Of a stretch of 64,000 bases of DNA, positions 52,055 to 62,112 are shown piece by piece. The DNA comes from Patescibacteria group bacterium (GTDB lineage: Bacteria; Patescibacteriota; Minisyncoccia; Phycocordibacterales; JACOZG01), in NCBI GenBank assembly GCA_034658935.1, contig JAYEGE010000001.1, forward strand, positions 46,295-110,294. Reading direction: 5' to 3'. The notes under the pieces were generated by a model, which was not told where the DNA came from, did not search any database, and was given only the letters and a program-made list of their open reading frames with translations. Numbering within the stretch: position 1 is the stretch's first letter; the number at the start of each line of letters is the position of its first letter. Made by a program: the position numbers and the translations under genes.

Positions 52055-53842
52055 ATGCCTCTCATAAACAAACCCGGCTCCCAAGTGGAGCCTAAGCCGG
52101 GTAGACTCCTGGTTATCGCCTCACTTCCCCCTCGTCAAAAATGGCTCATCTTTGGGCTTCTCTGTGTTGCCCTAATCGCCTTATTAGTTAGCATTGGCGA
52201 AATCAACCGCCGCCTCACCGTTAGTGTTAGTGCTGCTGGCGGCGAGATCAGGGAGGGCATAGTAGGCACGCCACGTTTTATAAACCCCCTTTTATCTGTC
52301 TCCAACGCCGACCGCGACTTGACTACCCTGATCTATTCCGGACTCTTGCGGGTCAGTGCAACAGGCCAATTAGTACCCGACCTGGCCGCCAATTACCAGA
52401 TGTCAAATGACGGACTAACCTACACCTTTACTCTTAAAGATGGTCTGACTTGGCAGGATGGCCAACCCTTAACTGCAGCCGACATCGAGTTCACTATTCA
52501 GAAAGCTCAAGACCCATCACTCAAAAGCACTAAGCGAGCGGCCTGGGAAGGAGTAGCGATTAATCTGACTGACGATAAGACGATCGTCTTCAAACTTGCG
52601 CAACCTTATCCCGCCTTCTTAGAAAACACAACCTTAGGGATCTTGCCTAAACATCTTTGGGACAAATTCGATTTCGAGACTTTTGGTCTAAACCAATTCA
52701 ATAGCGAACCTATCGGCTCTGGCCCCTACCAGATTCAGTCGATCAAGAGAGATAACCTAGGTATCCCTGAACATTATGTTCTTAAGCCTTTCGATAATTT
52801 CGCCCTCAGCCCACCAAAAATAAGCCGAGTGATTACACGCTTTTACCCCAACGAAGGAGAATTAGTGGGGGCCTACGAGCGGGGTGAGATCGACAGCTTC
52901 GGTGCCATATCGGCCGAGACTGCGGCCAATCTAGAAGCCGGCGGAGCGGAAATCACCCAGGCCCCCCTGCCACGAGTCTTTGGAGTATTCTTTAATCAAA
53001 ACCGAGCCCCTGTCCTAGCCCACCTTGAAGTCCGCCAGGCTCTGGACCGAGCCGTGGACAAGCAGGCGATCATTGATGGCGTGCTCCATGGTTACGGCGC
53101 CATCGCTAGTGGACCCCTCCCCTTCTTTCCACCTCTTAAAGTATTGCCTGATCTCGAGGAGGAGGACCCGGACCGAGCAGTCGTAGATGGGGTACCAGCT
53201 AGAATCATCGAGGCTAAGAGTATCCTCAACCAACATGGTTGGGATTGGGACGAAGAGGAGAAAGTTTGGATTAAAGAGATCAAAAAGGAAACAACCATCC
53301 TCTCTCTATCTCTAGCAACTGCCGATACACCAGAATTGAAACAGGCCGCCGAAATGATCAAGGATGATTGGGAGCAATTAGGCGCCACAGTTGAATTAAA
53401 AATCTTTGAGTTAGGCGACCTAGACCAAGACATTATTCGACCCCGTCAATATGATGCACTTTTCTTTGGTGAGATCTTAGGCCGTCAACCTGACCCTTTC
53501 GCCTTCTGGCACTCCAAGCAACGCCTAGACCCAGGCCTAAACATTGCCATGTATACCAGCACCAAGGTCGATAACCTTTTAGACGAAATTCGAAGTGGGC
53601 GCGATCTCGATAAATTAAATACCGATTATCAACGCTTTCACGAATTAATTTTGATCGACATGCCAGCCGTCTTCGTTTATTCACCTTATTTCCTTTATCT
53701 GACTCCCGCAAAGGTCATTAGCGCGCCCTTGGTACCCATCAACACAACTGCCGACCGCCTACTCAATATTCACCATTGGTACGCTAATTCTGACCGAGTC
53801 TGGTCTGTTTTCGCCACTGATTATAATCGTTTACCTGATTAA
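52055..53842 (+). CDS. Peptide ABC transporter substrate-binding protein (family 5)
   Basis: NPLL..D..LIYSGL, PDLA, TYTFTL, W.DG.PLTA.D, PIGSGPY. Confidence 0.9.
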   Translation: MPLINKPGSQVEPKPGRLLVIASLPPRQKWLIFGLLCVALIALLVSIGEINRRLTVSVSAAGGEIREGIVGTPRFINPLLSVSNADRDLTTLIYSGLLRVSATGQLVPDLAANYQMSNDGLTYTFTLKDGLTWQDGQPLTAADIEFTIQKAQDPSLKSTKRAAWEGVAINLTDDKTIVFKLAQPYPAFLENTTLGILPKHLWDKFDFETFGLNQFNSEPIGSGPYQIQSIKRDNLGIPEHYVLKPFDNFALSPPKISRVITRFYPNEGELVGAYERGEIDSFGAISAETAANLEAGGAEITQAPLPRVFGVFFNQNRAPVLAHLEVRQALDRAVDKQAIIDGVLHGYGAIASGPLPFFPPLKVLPDLEEEDPDRAVVDGVPARIIEAKSILNQHGWDWDEEEKVWIKEIKKETTILSLSLATADTPELKQAAEMIKDDWEQLGATVELKIFELGDLDQDIIRPRQYDALFFGEILGRQPDPFAFWHSKQRLDPGLNIAMYTSTKVDNLLDEIRSGRDLDKLNTDYQRFHELILIDMPAVFVYSPYFLYLTPAKVISAPLVPINTTADRLLNIHHWYANSDRVWSVFATDYNRLPD

Positions 53843-53865
53843 ATAATAACCACAAAAATACAAAT

Positions 53866-55659
53866 ATGAGTCCAACAAGCACATCCCGCCCCCGATCACG
53901 CCGCCCTCAAGGGCCACGTCGACCAGGCGCCCCCCTGAAAAGTCGGCCCAAGGGGGCGGCCAAGGCCATTCCCCCACTTAAACCTGGCAATATCCGAATT
54001 GTTACATTGGGCGGCGTTGAAGAAGTTGGCAAGAACATGACCGCCATTGAGTACAATGACGAAATTATTATCATCGACGCCGGCCTAAATTTCGCTGGCG
54101 AAGAAGCTCCGGGTGTCGACTATATTATTCCCGATATCACCTACCTGGAAAAGAACAAGTCGAAAATAAGAGGAATTTTCATAACTCACGCCCATTTGGA
54201 TCATATTGGTGGGATACCCTTTGTAATGAGCCGCATTGGTGATCCGCCTATTTACACCCGCAAATTAACATCATTAATGATCCAGAAGCGGCAAGAAGAA
54301 TTCCCTCACTTGCCGAAACTCAATATAAGACTCGTTGAAGAGTCTGAGCGGATTAGAGTGGGTAAATTATGGATCCGCTTCTTTGGCGTAACCCATACTG
54401 TCCCCGACGCAATGGGAGTTATCTTAGAGACACCCCAAGGTTGGATCGTAAATCCCGGTGACTATAAATTAGAGCATAAAGACGGCGTCCCCAGTAAACG
54501 CGAAGAGGGTAATTATAAGGTGTTCGATAAGGAAAAAGTGCTCTTGCTAATGGCCGATTCAACCAACATCGAAAACCCTGGATTTTCAACTCCAGAGAAA
54601 TCGGCCCACGAAGGTATCGACAAATTGATCCAAGGCGTAAGAGGCCGTCTGGTTATCGGCACTTTTGCCTCCCAATTTGAACGAATGATAAAGATCATCG
54701 AATCAGCCGAGAAGCACGGCCGCAAGGTGGCCATTGAGGGGCGGAGCATGAAGACCAACATTGAGATTGCCAACTTAGCAGACATGCTCAAGGTTAAAAA
54801 GGGCACCCTAGTCCCGAGTCAAGAACTCGACCGTCTCCCGGACAATAAGGTCCTAGTGTTGGCAACAGGCGCTCAAGGAGAAGAATTCGCCGCCCTAATG
54901 CGGATGGCCACTAAGAGCCACAAACATTTCAAATTTAGGAAGGGCGATACGGTGATTCTCTCGTCCTCAATTATCCCTGGTAATGAGAAAACGGTTCAGC
55001 GCCTGAAAGACAATATCGCCCGCCAGGGCGCCAAAATAGTCCATTACCGAACTTCCGATGTTTACGTCCACTCCTCAGGACACGGTAATCGTGGAGAAAT
55101 CGAGTGGTTACACCGAAAGTTAAAGCCAAAATTCTTCATTCCCGTTCACGGCCATCATTATATGTTGAGAGTGCACTCGGAATTGGCCCAAGAGATAGGC
55201 ATGGACGAAAAAAACATTATCGTCCCAGATAATGGCTCGGTAATTGAGATTAACGCCGAGGGCACAAAAATCGCAACCCTCAAGGAAACGGCCCCTCATC
55301 GAGTAATTATGGTTGACGGCCTGGGTAGTGGAGACGTTGAAGAAGTGGTTATCCGCGACCGACAGATGTTAGCCCAAGACGGCATGTTCGTTATTATCGC
55401 CATCATCGACGTTTCCACCGGTAAGGTCCGCAAATCACCCGACATTATTTCCCGCGGCTTTATTTACCTGAAAGAGTCTCAGGACCTCCTGCGCCAAGTC
55501 CGAATTATTACCAAGAAAAAGATTGAGGAGACGACCGCCCAAATGCATCCGATCAATTTTGACTATGTTAAGAACGCTGTCCGCGAAGAAGCTGGCCGTT
55601 ATCTATACCAAAAAACACATAAACGCCCAATCGTCCTACCAGTTTTGATTGAGGTTTAG
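53866..55659 (+). CDS. rnj: Ribonuclease J
   Basis: LGGVEEVGKN, THAHLDHIGG, DSTN, G.QGE, HSSGH, PVHG. Confidence 0.96.
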   Translation: MSPTSTSRPRSRRPQGPRRPGAPLKSRPKGAAKAIPPLKPGNIRIVTLGGVEEVGKNMTAIEYNDEIIIIDAGLNFAGEEAPGVDYIIPDITYLEKNKSKIRGIFITHAHLDHIGGIPFVMSRIGDPPIYTRKLTSLMIQKRQEEFPHLPKLNIRLVEESERIRVGKLWIRFFGVTHTVPDAMGVILETPQGWIVNPGDYKLEHKDGVPSKREEGNYKVFDKEKVLLLMADSTNIENPGFSTPEKSAHEGIDKLIQGVRGRLVIGTFASQFERMIKIIESAEKHGRKVAIEGRSMKTNIEIANLADMLKVKKGTLVPSQELDRLPDNKVLVLATGAQGEEFAALMRMATKSHKHFKFRKGDTVILSSSIIPGNEKTVQRLKDNIARQGAKIVHYRTSDVYVHSSGHGNRGEIEWLHRKLKPKFFIPVHGHHYMLRVHSELAQEIGMDEKNIIVPDNGSVIEINAEGTKIATLKETAPHRVIMVDGLGSGDVEEVVIRDRQMLAQDGMFVIIAIIDVSTGKVRKSPDIISRGFIYLKESQDLLRQVRIITKKKIEETTAQMHPINFDYVKNAVREEAGRYLYQKTHKRPIVLPVLIEV

Positions 55660-56810
55660 CGGAGCATATCGATCACTGCGTAGACACTACCTATAGCAAA
55701 AACGAGGATTAGAAAGATCCCGATCAGTAAACTACGGCGGAGATTGAAAATGCGGCTTTTGATGTCGCCCATTTTCTTGGCTCGCCAAAAAGCCAAAACG
55801 ATTAAGATGGCAAGTATACCACCGACAATGGCGCCCGTGATATTAAGCACACCGATAAAACTATTCACTCCGGCCAAAAAGACTAGAATAGGGGGCGCCA
55901 CCACTAGAGGCCAAGACAATTTACTACTTATGTTCCAATCCCATTCAAAAGAGCGACGTAGGATAACACCCGACATAACAAAACTGGTGCTCATGGTAAA
56001 GAAAGCGAAAATATTACCCAAGATAAGCGCCCAGGAGCCAAGTCTTTGACCTAAACCAACCGTCGCCACTTCAGTGGTAGCTGAGCCCGTAACTCCCACT
56101 ACTATCACAGCAAAGATCAGATAGAGAGCAATGGGGACGAGGCTACCAACAGCAATGGCCCAACGCAAACGTCGAGGATTATCTGGTATAAGCTCCTCCA
56201 TCTGTGGGATAGCCCCCGTGCCACCAAAAGCAAAAAGCATCACCCCAAAAGGCAGGAAGAAACTGGGCCAGTTGACTGTAATCAAATTATCGAGACTTAA
56301 TTGGGCAGAGCTAGCGGCTGCGATTATGATGACCACCACAAAAATGGCGATTGTAAACAAGAGTTCAAATATAGCAATGGACTTGATCTGCCGCGCCAAA
56401 AGAGCGGCGCCGGCGATGAAGAAAACGATAGACCAGAAAAAAGGGGTCCCACCTAAAATGGCGGCTAAAACCTCCCCTTCGCCGATTATATAGGCCAGCA
56501 TAGCGCTATAGGCACCAAGATAGAGAGCCATTACAGATAGACGGCCACCCCAAGCGCCAAGATACTTTTTCGACAAACCAGCTAATTGGCGAGGTTGGCG
56601 AGTCCGCGCCACCACTTCACCCATCATTAGATTCAGAACCAAAAATAGTAGCCCGGCGCCGATGATGTAAGCGACTCCAATACCGATTCCAACCTGGGCC
56701 ACCACGAAAGGAATGCCGAGAATCCCGGCGCCAACGATAGTGCCAATCAATAAGGCAACTGTCTCTAAGCCCTTTTTCGATTCAGATAACACTACCCACA
56801 ATTTTAACAC
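55656..56810 (-). CDS. Aromatic amino acid permease family transporter
   Basis: GTIVGAGILGIP, about 11 TMs. Confidence 0.85.
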   Translation of the reverse strand: MLKLWVVLSESKKGLETVALLIGTIVGAGILGIPFVVAQVGIGIGVAYIIGAGLLFLVLNLMMGEVVARTRQPRQLAGLSKKYLGAWGGRLSVMALYLGAYSAMLAYIIGEGEVLAAILGGTPFFWSIVFFIAGAALLARQIKSIAIFELLFTIAIFVVVIIIAAASSAQLSLDNLITVNWPSFFLPFGVMLFAFGGTGAIPQMEELIPDNPRRLRWAIAVGSLVPIALYLIFAVIVVGVTGSATTEVATVGLGQRLGSWALILGNIFAFFTMSTSFVMSGVILRRSFEWDWNISSKLSWPLVVAPPILVFLAGVNSFIGVLNITGAIVGGILAILIVLAFWRAKKMGDIKSRIFNLRRSLLIGIFLILVFAIGSVYAVIDMLR

Positions 56811-56818
56811 ATCCCAAC

Positions 56819-59065
56819 TTATTTGGCGTAAGTTGTTGCTTCGTCGAATTTTATGGAGAGGAGTTTGGAAGCGCTGTCGGCGCCCATGGTCACACCATAG
56901 AGCACACCGGCGCGGGACATAGTCTCGCGGTTGTGAGTGATAAGAATAAGTTGGGAATGCTTGGCTAAGCTCTCAACCATATCGCCATACTTACGTGAAT
57001 TAGCTTCGTCGAGAGCGGCGTCAGTCTCATCGAGAATAAGGAAAGGGGGTGGATTAACCTGGCTCATGGCGAAGAGGAGGGCGATAGAGGTAAGGGCCCG
57101 CTCCCCACCCGAGAGCATCTCTAGGCCTCGAATCTTCTTGCGCGGCAAGCTCACACTTATCTCAATCCCCTCGGCTGCCTCATCATCGCCACCATCACCG
57201 ACGGCAGGCAGACCATCCCCGTCCTCACCCAACTCCTCAGCTATGAGCTCCCCCTTGCTCTTAAGTTTAAGCAGGGCCAATTTAGCCGACCCACCACCGA
57301 ACATTAGAGCGAAGAATTTTTGGAACTTATCGTTGATCTGATTAATGCCGGCTTTAAAATCGGTGTCAATCTTTTTCTGTAAATCTTTGACTACCTGCCC
57401 CAAAGAAGTTGCACCTTGTTCCAGGTCAGCTAATTCTTTGGCTAAGAACTCATCGCGCTCAGTAGTTTCTTGATATTCCTTTAAAGTATCGTCACTCTCC
57501 ACTCCCGTATCTTCTAATTTGATCTTAAGCCGCTCTAATTGACGACGACGTTCCTCTTGCTTGGCGCGAGGCTCTGACTCGGAGACATCCGACGTGGGGA
57601 AATGTTGGTAGCGCCTAATCTCTTGATCGACGAGCCCCACCGCTTCATCCAACTCACGTTTAAAGTTTTCTTCTTCCAATTCAAATTGACGCCAATCGGC
57701 CTTGGCAATATTCAATTTACTTTGCCACTCACTGACCTCGGCCTTAAGTAATAGTCTTTCCTTATCAGCTGATTGCGCCGCCATACTCAAGGCAACTAGA
57801 GCGGCAGCCGCCTCTTCCCGCTCCGCCTTAGCCGCGAGCTCCTCCTCTTGAGCTCTAGCCAGGGATTCATCGGCGGCCTGTTTTTCTTGCTTCAATTTCT
57901 CCAATTCTCCTTGGTGGGCCTCCCCCGCCCCATTACTATCACCACGATGGAGAAACTCATCCACTAAACCGCGAATTTTATTCAAAATGTTTTTCAGGGC
58001 GCCAAGATCTGTTTCCTGCTCAGCCGCCCCCAACTCAACCACCAACCGATTACCAAAATCATCAACCTCCTGGTAGCTAAAGTCCTGTTCTGTCTTATTA
58101 TTAACTTCATCAAGCGCCGATTGCCTAACCTCAATTAAACCCTCCAGGCGACCCAAGTGGCGCCCCAATTCTTCCTGTTGGCGCCTGGCTTGATCGATTC
58201 TACCCTCAGCGGCCTGTTGACGCGCCTGAAGCGGAGCGGCGTCCTGCTCGGTAACACTACCAGTGCTAGCTAAGCCCGCCAGGCGTTCATCAATTTCTTG
58301 AACCTTTGCTTCCGGCTCAGTCTTGGCTTGAGTTAATTCCTCTCGCCGCCGCGCCAGATAAGTTTCTTCCCGCTGAAGGTACTCGATAGCCAAAGTCTTA
58401 AGCTCTCGCCGCAGACGATCGGCCTCGGCGATTTTATCAACCTGCTTTTTCAAATAACGTAAGTGTGGAGCAATTTCTCGACGAAGAGACTCAACCTGCT
58501 TCATATTTTCCTCCGTCTTCTGAAGTTTTTTCTCACTCTCTTCTATTTTCCATTGGTAAAGCCGCAAACCCAAGGCATCCTCGATCATCCCACGACGCTC
58601 TTTGGCGTTAGCCAACAGCACTCGATCGGCGTCACCTTGATTAACAATATAATGGTCAGAAGAACCCAAAGAGACAACCGCCAGAAGTTCTACAATATCA
58701 CGATGACGGACTTGAGAACCGTTGATAGTATAAATATTGACGCCGTCGCGATGGACTTCCCGGCCAATACTAACTTCATCATAATCAAGATCGAATTTGC
58801 GATCTTGATTATCAAAAACCAAAACAACAGTTGCTCGATTAGTCCGCGGCGAATGAGTAGAGCCATTCCAAATCAAGTCTTCACCCCGGCCAGAACGTAG
58901 CGACTTCATCGAACGTTCTCCCAAGACCCAACGGAAGGCCTCGGCACAATTGGATTTACCTGAACCGTTAGGTCCAACAATCGATGTCACCGGCGAATGA
59001 AAAACAAAAGCAGTCTTCTTGGCGAAAGACTTAAAACCACTTAATTCCAGACTCTTCAATCGCAT
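56819..59065 (-). CDS. smc: SMC-family ATPase (short, no recognisable hinge)
   Basis: GFKSF, GPNGSGKSN, LSGGE, PFLILDE.DAALD, ITH. Confidence 0.88.
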   Translation of the reverse strand: MRLKSLELSGFKSFAKKTAFVFHSPVTSIVGPNGSGKSNCAEAFRWVLGERSMKSLRSGRGEDLIWNGSTHSPRTNRATVVLVFDNQDRKFDLDYDEVSIGREVHRDGVNIYTINGSQVRHRDIVELLAVVSLGSSDHYIVNQGDADRVLLANAKERRGMIEDALGLRLYQWKIEESEKKLQKTEENMKQVESLRREIAPHLRYLKKQVDKIAEADRLRRELKTLAIEYLQREETYLARRREELTQAKTEPEAKVQEIDERLAGLASTGSVTEQDAAPLQARQQAAEGRIDQARRQQEELGRHLGRLEGLIEVRQSALDEVNNKTEQDFSYQEVDDFGNRLVVELGAAEQETDLGALKNILNKIRGLVDEFLHRGDSNGAGEAHQGELEKLKQEKQAADESLARAQEEELAAKAEREEAAAALVALSMAAQSADKERLLLKAEVSEWQSKLNIAKADWRQFELEEENFKRELDEAVGLVDQEIRRYQHFPTSDVSESEPRAKQEERRRQLERLKIKLEDTGVESDDTLKEYQETTERDEFLAKELADLEQGATSLGQVVKDLQKKIDTDFKAGINQINDKFQKFFALMFGGGSAKLALLKLKSKGELIAEELGEDGDGLPAVGDGGDDEAAEGIEISVSLPRKKIRGLEMLSGGERALTSIALLFAMSQVNPPPFLILDETDAALDEANSRKYGDMVESLAKHSQLILITHNRETMSRAGVLYGVTMGADSASKLLSIKFDEATTYAK

Positions 59066-59067
59066 GC

Positions 59068-59763
59068 CTACCAATTATATTTAGCTAGAGCTGATTTGGC
59101 CGCCTCCTGCTCCGCCCGCTGTTTAGAAGGGCCGCTACCAGACGCTGCCAATTCTTCACCCAGATACAAACCAACCGTAAAGATCTTATCGTGGTCTGGC
59201 CCCTCTTCCGACGTCACCTCATAATGAGGAGTAATACTCATTTTGGCCTGAGCCTTTTCTTGGAAGAGGCTCTTGGCATCCTGCCAATCTTGGCTAGCCA
59301 CCAAGTCATCAGTCTGCGCCAATAAATGAGCAGTGATAAATTGGTCGGCGGCGACGTAGCCTTGATCTAAAAAGAGAGCGCCAAGTAAAGACTCAAAGGT
59401 ATCGGCTAAAATCGCCGAGCGCGCCCGACCAGTATCTTTAGCCTCCCCTTTAGAGAGCAGGAGATAATCATTCAAATTAAGCTCGGTTGCCGCCCGAGAA
59501 AGACTGTCGGTATTAACCAAGGCCGAGCGATAGGCCGTTAGATCCCCCTCTGTGGCCTGAGGATAGTGTCTGTATAGGAAATTCGTCACCACGAGTTCCA
59601 AGACGGCGTCGCCCAAGAACTCTAGCCGCTCGTTATGAGCACTAGCTATTTGCGGGTTCTCATTAATAAAAGAGCGATGAGTAAAAGCTTGCTGCAATAG
59701 GCCAGGCTCTTTAAATTGCCAACCAAAACGAGCAGTTAGTTTCGAGAAATCAGGTAAGGCCAT
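59068..59763 (-). CDS. rnc: Ribonuclease III
   Basis: HNERLEFLGDAVL, dsRBD. Confidence 0.98.
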   Translation of the reverse strand: MALPDFSKLTARFGWQFKEPGLLQQAFTHRSFINENPQIASAHNERLEFLGDAVLELVVTNFLYRHYPQATEGDLTAYRSALVNTDSLSRAATELNLNDYLLLSKGEAKDTGRARSAILADTFESLLGALFLDQGYVAADQFITAHLLAQTDDLVASQDWQDAKSLFQEKAQAKMSITPHYEVTSEEGPDHDKIFTVGLYLGEELAASGSGPSKQRAEQEAAKSALAKYNW

Positions 59764-59765
59764 AA

Positions 59766-60677
59766 TTAGGTTGCTCGGTGTCGGGACAATAATTTAACTG
59801 CCTTAGTGATAAAGGGCACGACGTCATCATACATCCGCAGGTCACCAACTTCAGCTAAGGTGAACCAACGAGCATCATCTAGGCCACCACTTGGTTTTAA
59901 CTTAAGTTGTTTTTTGCTCTTGGCTTGGGCCAAGAAATAATTAACCTGCTTGCGGAGCTTCCCTTTCTCGGGGTCAGAGGAGATATACTCGTTCTGTCCC
60001 AAATCATCCGCCACCTTAACATCCAAGGACATCTCCTCCTTGACCTCCCTAGTTGTACCAGTCTGGAGATCTTCGCCCTCCTCTAAGTGCCCCTTAGAGA
60101 GAGTCCAATAACCAAAAATGTCGTGAACCAACGCCAAAGAAACTTCGGCTTCTTCCAAAATATAGACCACCGCCCCGCCCAATTTCTCAATGGGCATTTG
60201 GTCGTAAGGCACATCTTTAGGGCGCTTCTTCTTGGCTGGAACTTCATCTTTACCAGGCTCGCCCATCTCCTTATAAATAGCACCGAGTACACCGTTAACA
60301 AACTTGCCGCTATTTTCACCCCCAAAGGTCTTCGCCAGCTCAATCGCCTCATTGATCGCCACTCGTGCCGGCACTTCGCTCTTATCGGCAAATAAAAGCT
60401 CATAGAGCCCGAGTCGAAGAACATTGCGATCAACTACTGCAATCTGATCAATGGGCCACTCAGGAGCGGCTTTAGTGATTATTAAATCTAATTTCTCGTT
60501 CTGCTTGATTACCGCCTCAACCAAATTATATATAAAAGTAGAGTCCTCAATACCGGGAGCAAATTCTTCAATATTACGGCCGACGAACTTGCGCCAACGC
60601 GAGCTGTCATAGCCGTTGAAATCCCACTCGAAGAGGGATTGCAGGGATACGCTTCTGGATAAGTGCCGATTGGCCAT
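59766..60677 (-). CDS. nusB: Transcription antitermination factor NusB fused to a NUDIX domain
   Basis: DRNVLRL, VAINEAIELAK.FG, FVNGVLG; then KGHLEEGE..REVKEE. Confidence 0.92.
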   Translation of the reverse strand: MANRHLSRSVSLQSLFEWDFNGYDSSRWRKFVGRNIEEFAPGIEDSTFIYNLVEAVIKQNEKLDLIITKAAPEWPIDQIAVVDRNVLRLGLYELLFADKSEVPARVAINEAIELAKTFGGENSGKFVNGVLGAIYKEMGEPGKDEVPAKKKRPKDVPYDQMPIEKLGGAVVYILEEAEVSLALVHDIFGYWTLSKGHLEEGEDLQTGTTREVKEEMSLDVKVADDLGQNEYISSDPEKGKLRKQVNYFLAQAKSKKQLKLKPSGGLDDARWFTLAEVGDLRMYDDVVPFITKAVKLLSRHRAT

Positions 60678-60726
60678 CTATAAAATTAAATGATCAGTGA
60701 TAACAAGACCTACCGCCCCGGAACAA

Positions 60727-60954
60727 TTACTTCTTAGCCATTGCTTTGTCTTTAGTCTTCGCTTGCTTTTTAGCCAGACGCGAGAGGACATCTATAACCT
60801 CTCGCTCACGATAAGTGCCACAGCTCAAGCAGGCCCGATGACGCAAAGTAGCCACCCCACATTTGGGGCATTTAGTAAAAGAGGTGCCCTTCAGGGCATG
60901 ATGAGAACGCCGATTGCCGGTATGTCCTCGAGTATGTCGCATTCTGACTACCAT
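60727..60954 (-). CDS. rpmF: 50S ribosomal protein L32
   Basis: RRSHHAL, CPKCG..HRAC.SCG.Y. Confidence 0.93.
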   Translation of the reverse strand: MVVRMRHTRGHTGNRRSHHALKGTSFTKCPKCGVATLRHRACLSCGTYREREVIDVLSRLAKKQAKTKDKAMAKK

Positions 60955-60986
60955 GGCCCAAGTATAGCAACTTAAACATCCAGTGT

Positions 60987-61682
60987 CTAGAGTAAATTAG
61001 GACCAGTGATCGAGCCGCAAAATGACCGCCGATGTAGTGGCGAGAGACCATATTTGGCCAATTGTCTATAGTGAATCTTGGTGCCATAGCCCTTATGTTG
61101 ATCAAAGCCGTATCGTGGGTAGGCCAGAGCCTGTCGACACATATAACGATCCCGTCTAACCTTGGCGATAATAGAAGCTAGGGCAACGATTGGCCGGCTA
61201 TCATCTCCGCGAATAATAGTCTCCTGATTGGCATAGGTACTTGGAGCATAAAGGGAACCGTCAAGCAAGATTCGACTCTCAATCGCAGATGGGGGCAAGC
61301 GCCAGAGACAACGCCCAACGCCCATGCGCAGAGCCCTAACAATCCCATAGCGATCTATTAATTGTGGGCCGACCAAGGCCGAGATGTGAAATATCCGGCC
61401 AGCCTTTTTCTCGCTCCGAAGCCAACGCCACCAAGCCTCTCGCTGCCTAGCCGTAAGCTTCTTCGAGTCCCGCAATGGTAGGCCTGGCCCAAATTTGGAC
61501 ACGAATTTGGACACGCAGAATTTGGACACGCAGTGTCCAAATGGGCTTCCTGGTTTTGGACACTGCGTGTCCAAATTTAAATCCGTGCTCAAGCGAATCG
61601 CCACTGCTCCCACCGCCACTGGCCCAGCAATCGGCCCCCGGCCAGCCTCGTCTATCCCCACTAGATACTTGATTTTCGGCAT
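60987..61682 (-). CDS. rnhB: Ribonuclease HII with a palindrome-derived insertion
   Basis: [35 protein letters not shown]. Confidence 0.95.
   Translation of the reverse strand: MPKIKYLVGIDEAGRGPIAGPVAVGAVAIRLSTDLNLDTQCPKPGSPFGHCVSKFCVSKFVSKFGPGLPLRDSKKLTARQREAWWRWLRSEKKAGRIFHISALVGPQLIDRYGIVRALRMGVGRCLWRLPPSAIESRILLDGSLYAPSTYANQETIIRGDDSRPIVALASIIAKVRRDRYMCRQALAYPRYGFDQHKGYGTKIHYRQLAKYGLSPLHRRSFCGSITGPNLL
61491..61577. repeat. Family B doublet plus tandem partial copies, in frame in rnhB
   Basis: Perfect 23-bp IR 61519-61541 / 61555-61577; extra AATTTGGACACG copies at 61492 and 61504. Confidence 0.9.
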
Positions 61683-61753
61683 AAATTTATTCTAACAAAA
61701 ATGCCCCGCGATCGATAAACGCGAGGCATAGGCGACAAACCAACCACAAAGCC

Positions 61754-61984
61754 CTAGAAGTCATCACGAGCAGAGGCACCATGATACTCATCGACAAGAG
61801 GCATCTTGACGGCACTGCCGCCGGTAGCCCTCATGTCTAGGCAGGCATGATCCTTCATCCCGAAATTACGCCGACCACCCACCCGACATTGCACGCAAAA
61901 CCCAGTCTTCGATCTGGTATCACGCCCACAACCAATACAACACATCAATTCCCCACAAGGATTCGACTGGCCCTGACTCGACAT
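61754..61984 (-). CDS. Small Cys-rich (CxxC..CxxC) ORFan
   Basis: TTGACA-17-TATATT promoter (62047-62075), AGGAGG SD (61993-61998), terminator at about 61697-61729. Confidence 0.65.
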   Translation of the reverse strand: MSSQGQSNPCGELMCCIGCGRDTRSKTGFCVQCRVGGRRNFGMKDHACLDMRATGGSAVKMPLVDEYHGASARDDF

Positions 61985-62112
61985 TGGAAAGGCCTCCTAA
62001 GTGACCCCACTTACAGACTTATTTCCTTATAAGTCCCACTGCCTTAAATATACCAAGCCGCGTGAGTAATGTCAAAGTCACTCCACCCCGGACCTTTTGC
62101 TATAATCATCTC

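Noticed and set aside
60972-60990. Degenerate family B copy at the rnhB stop (TAAACAT-CCA-GTGTCTA)
   Set aside because: Too many mismatches to distinguish from chance
61491-61577. Direct repeats as a CRISPR array
   Set aside because: Units of 12-23 nt without unique spacers, inside rnhB, and no cas genes
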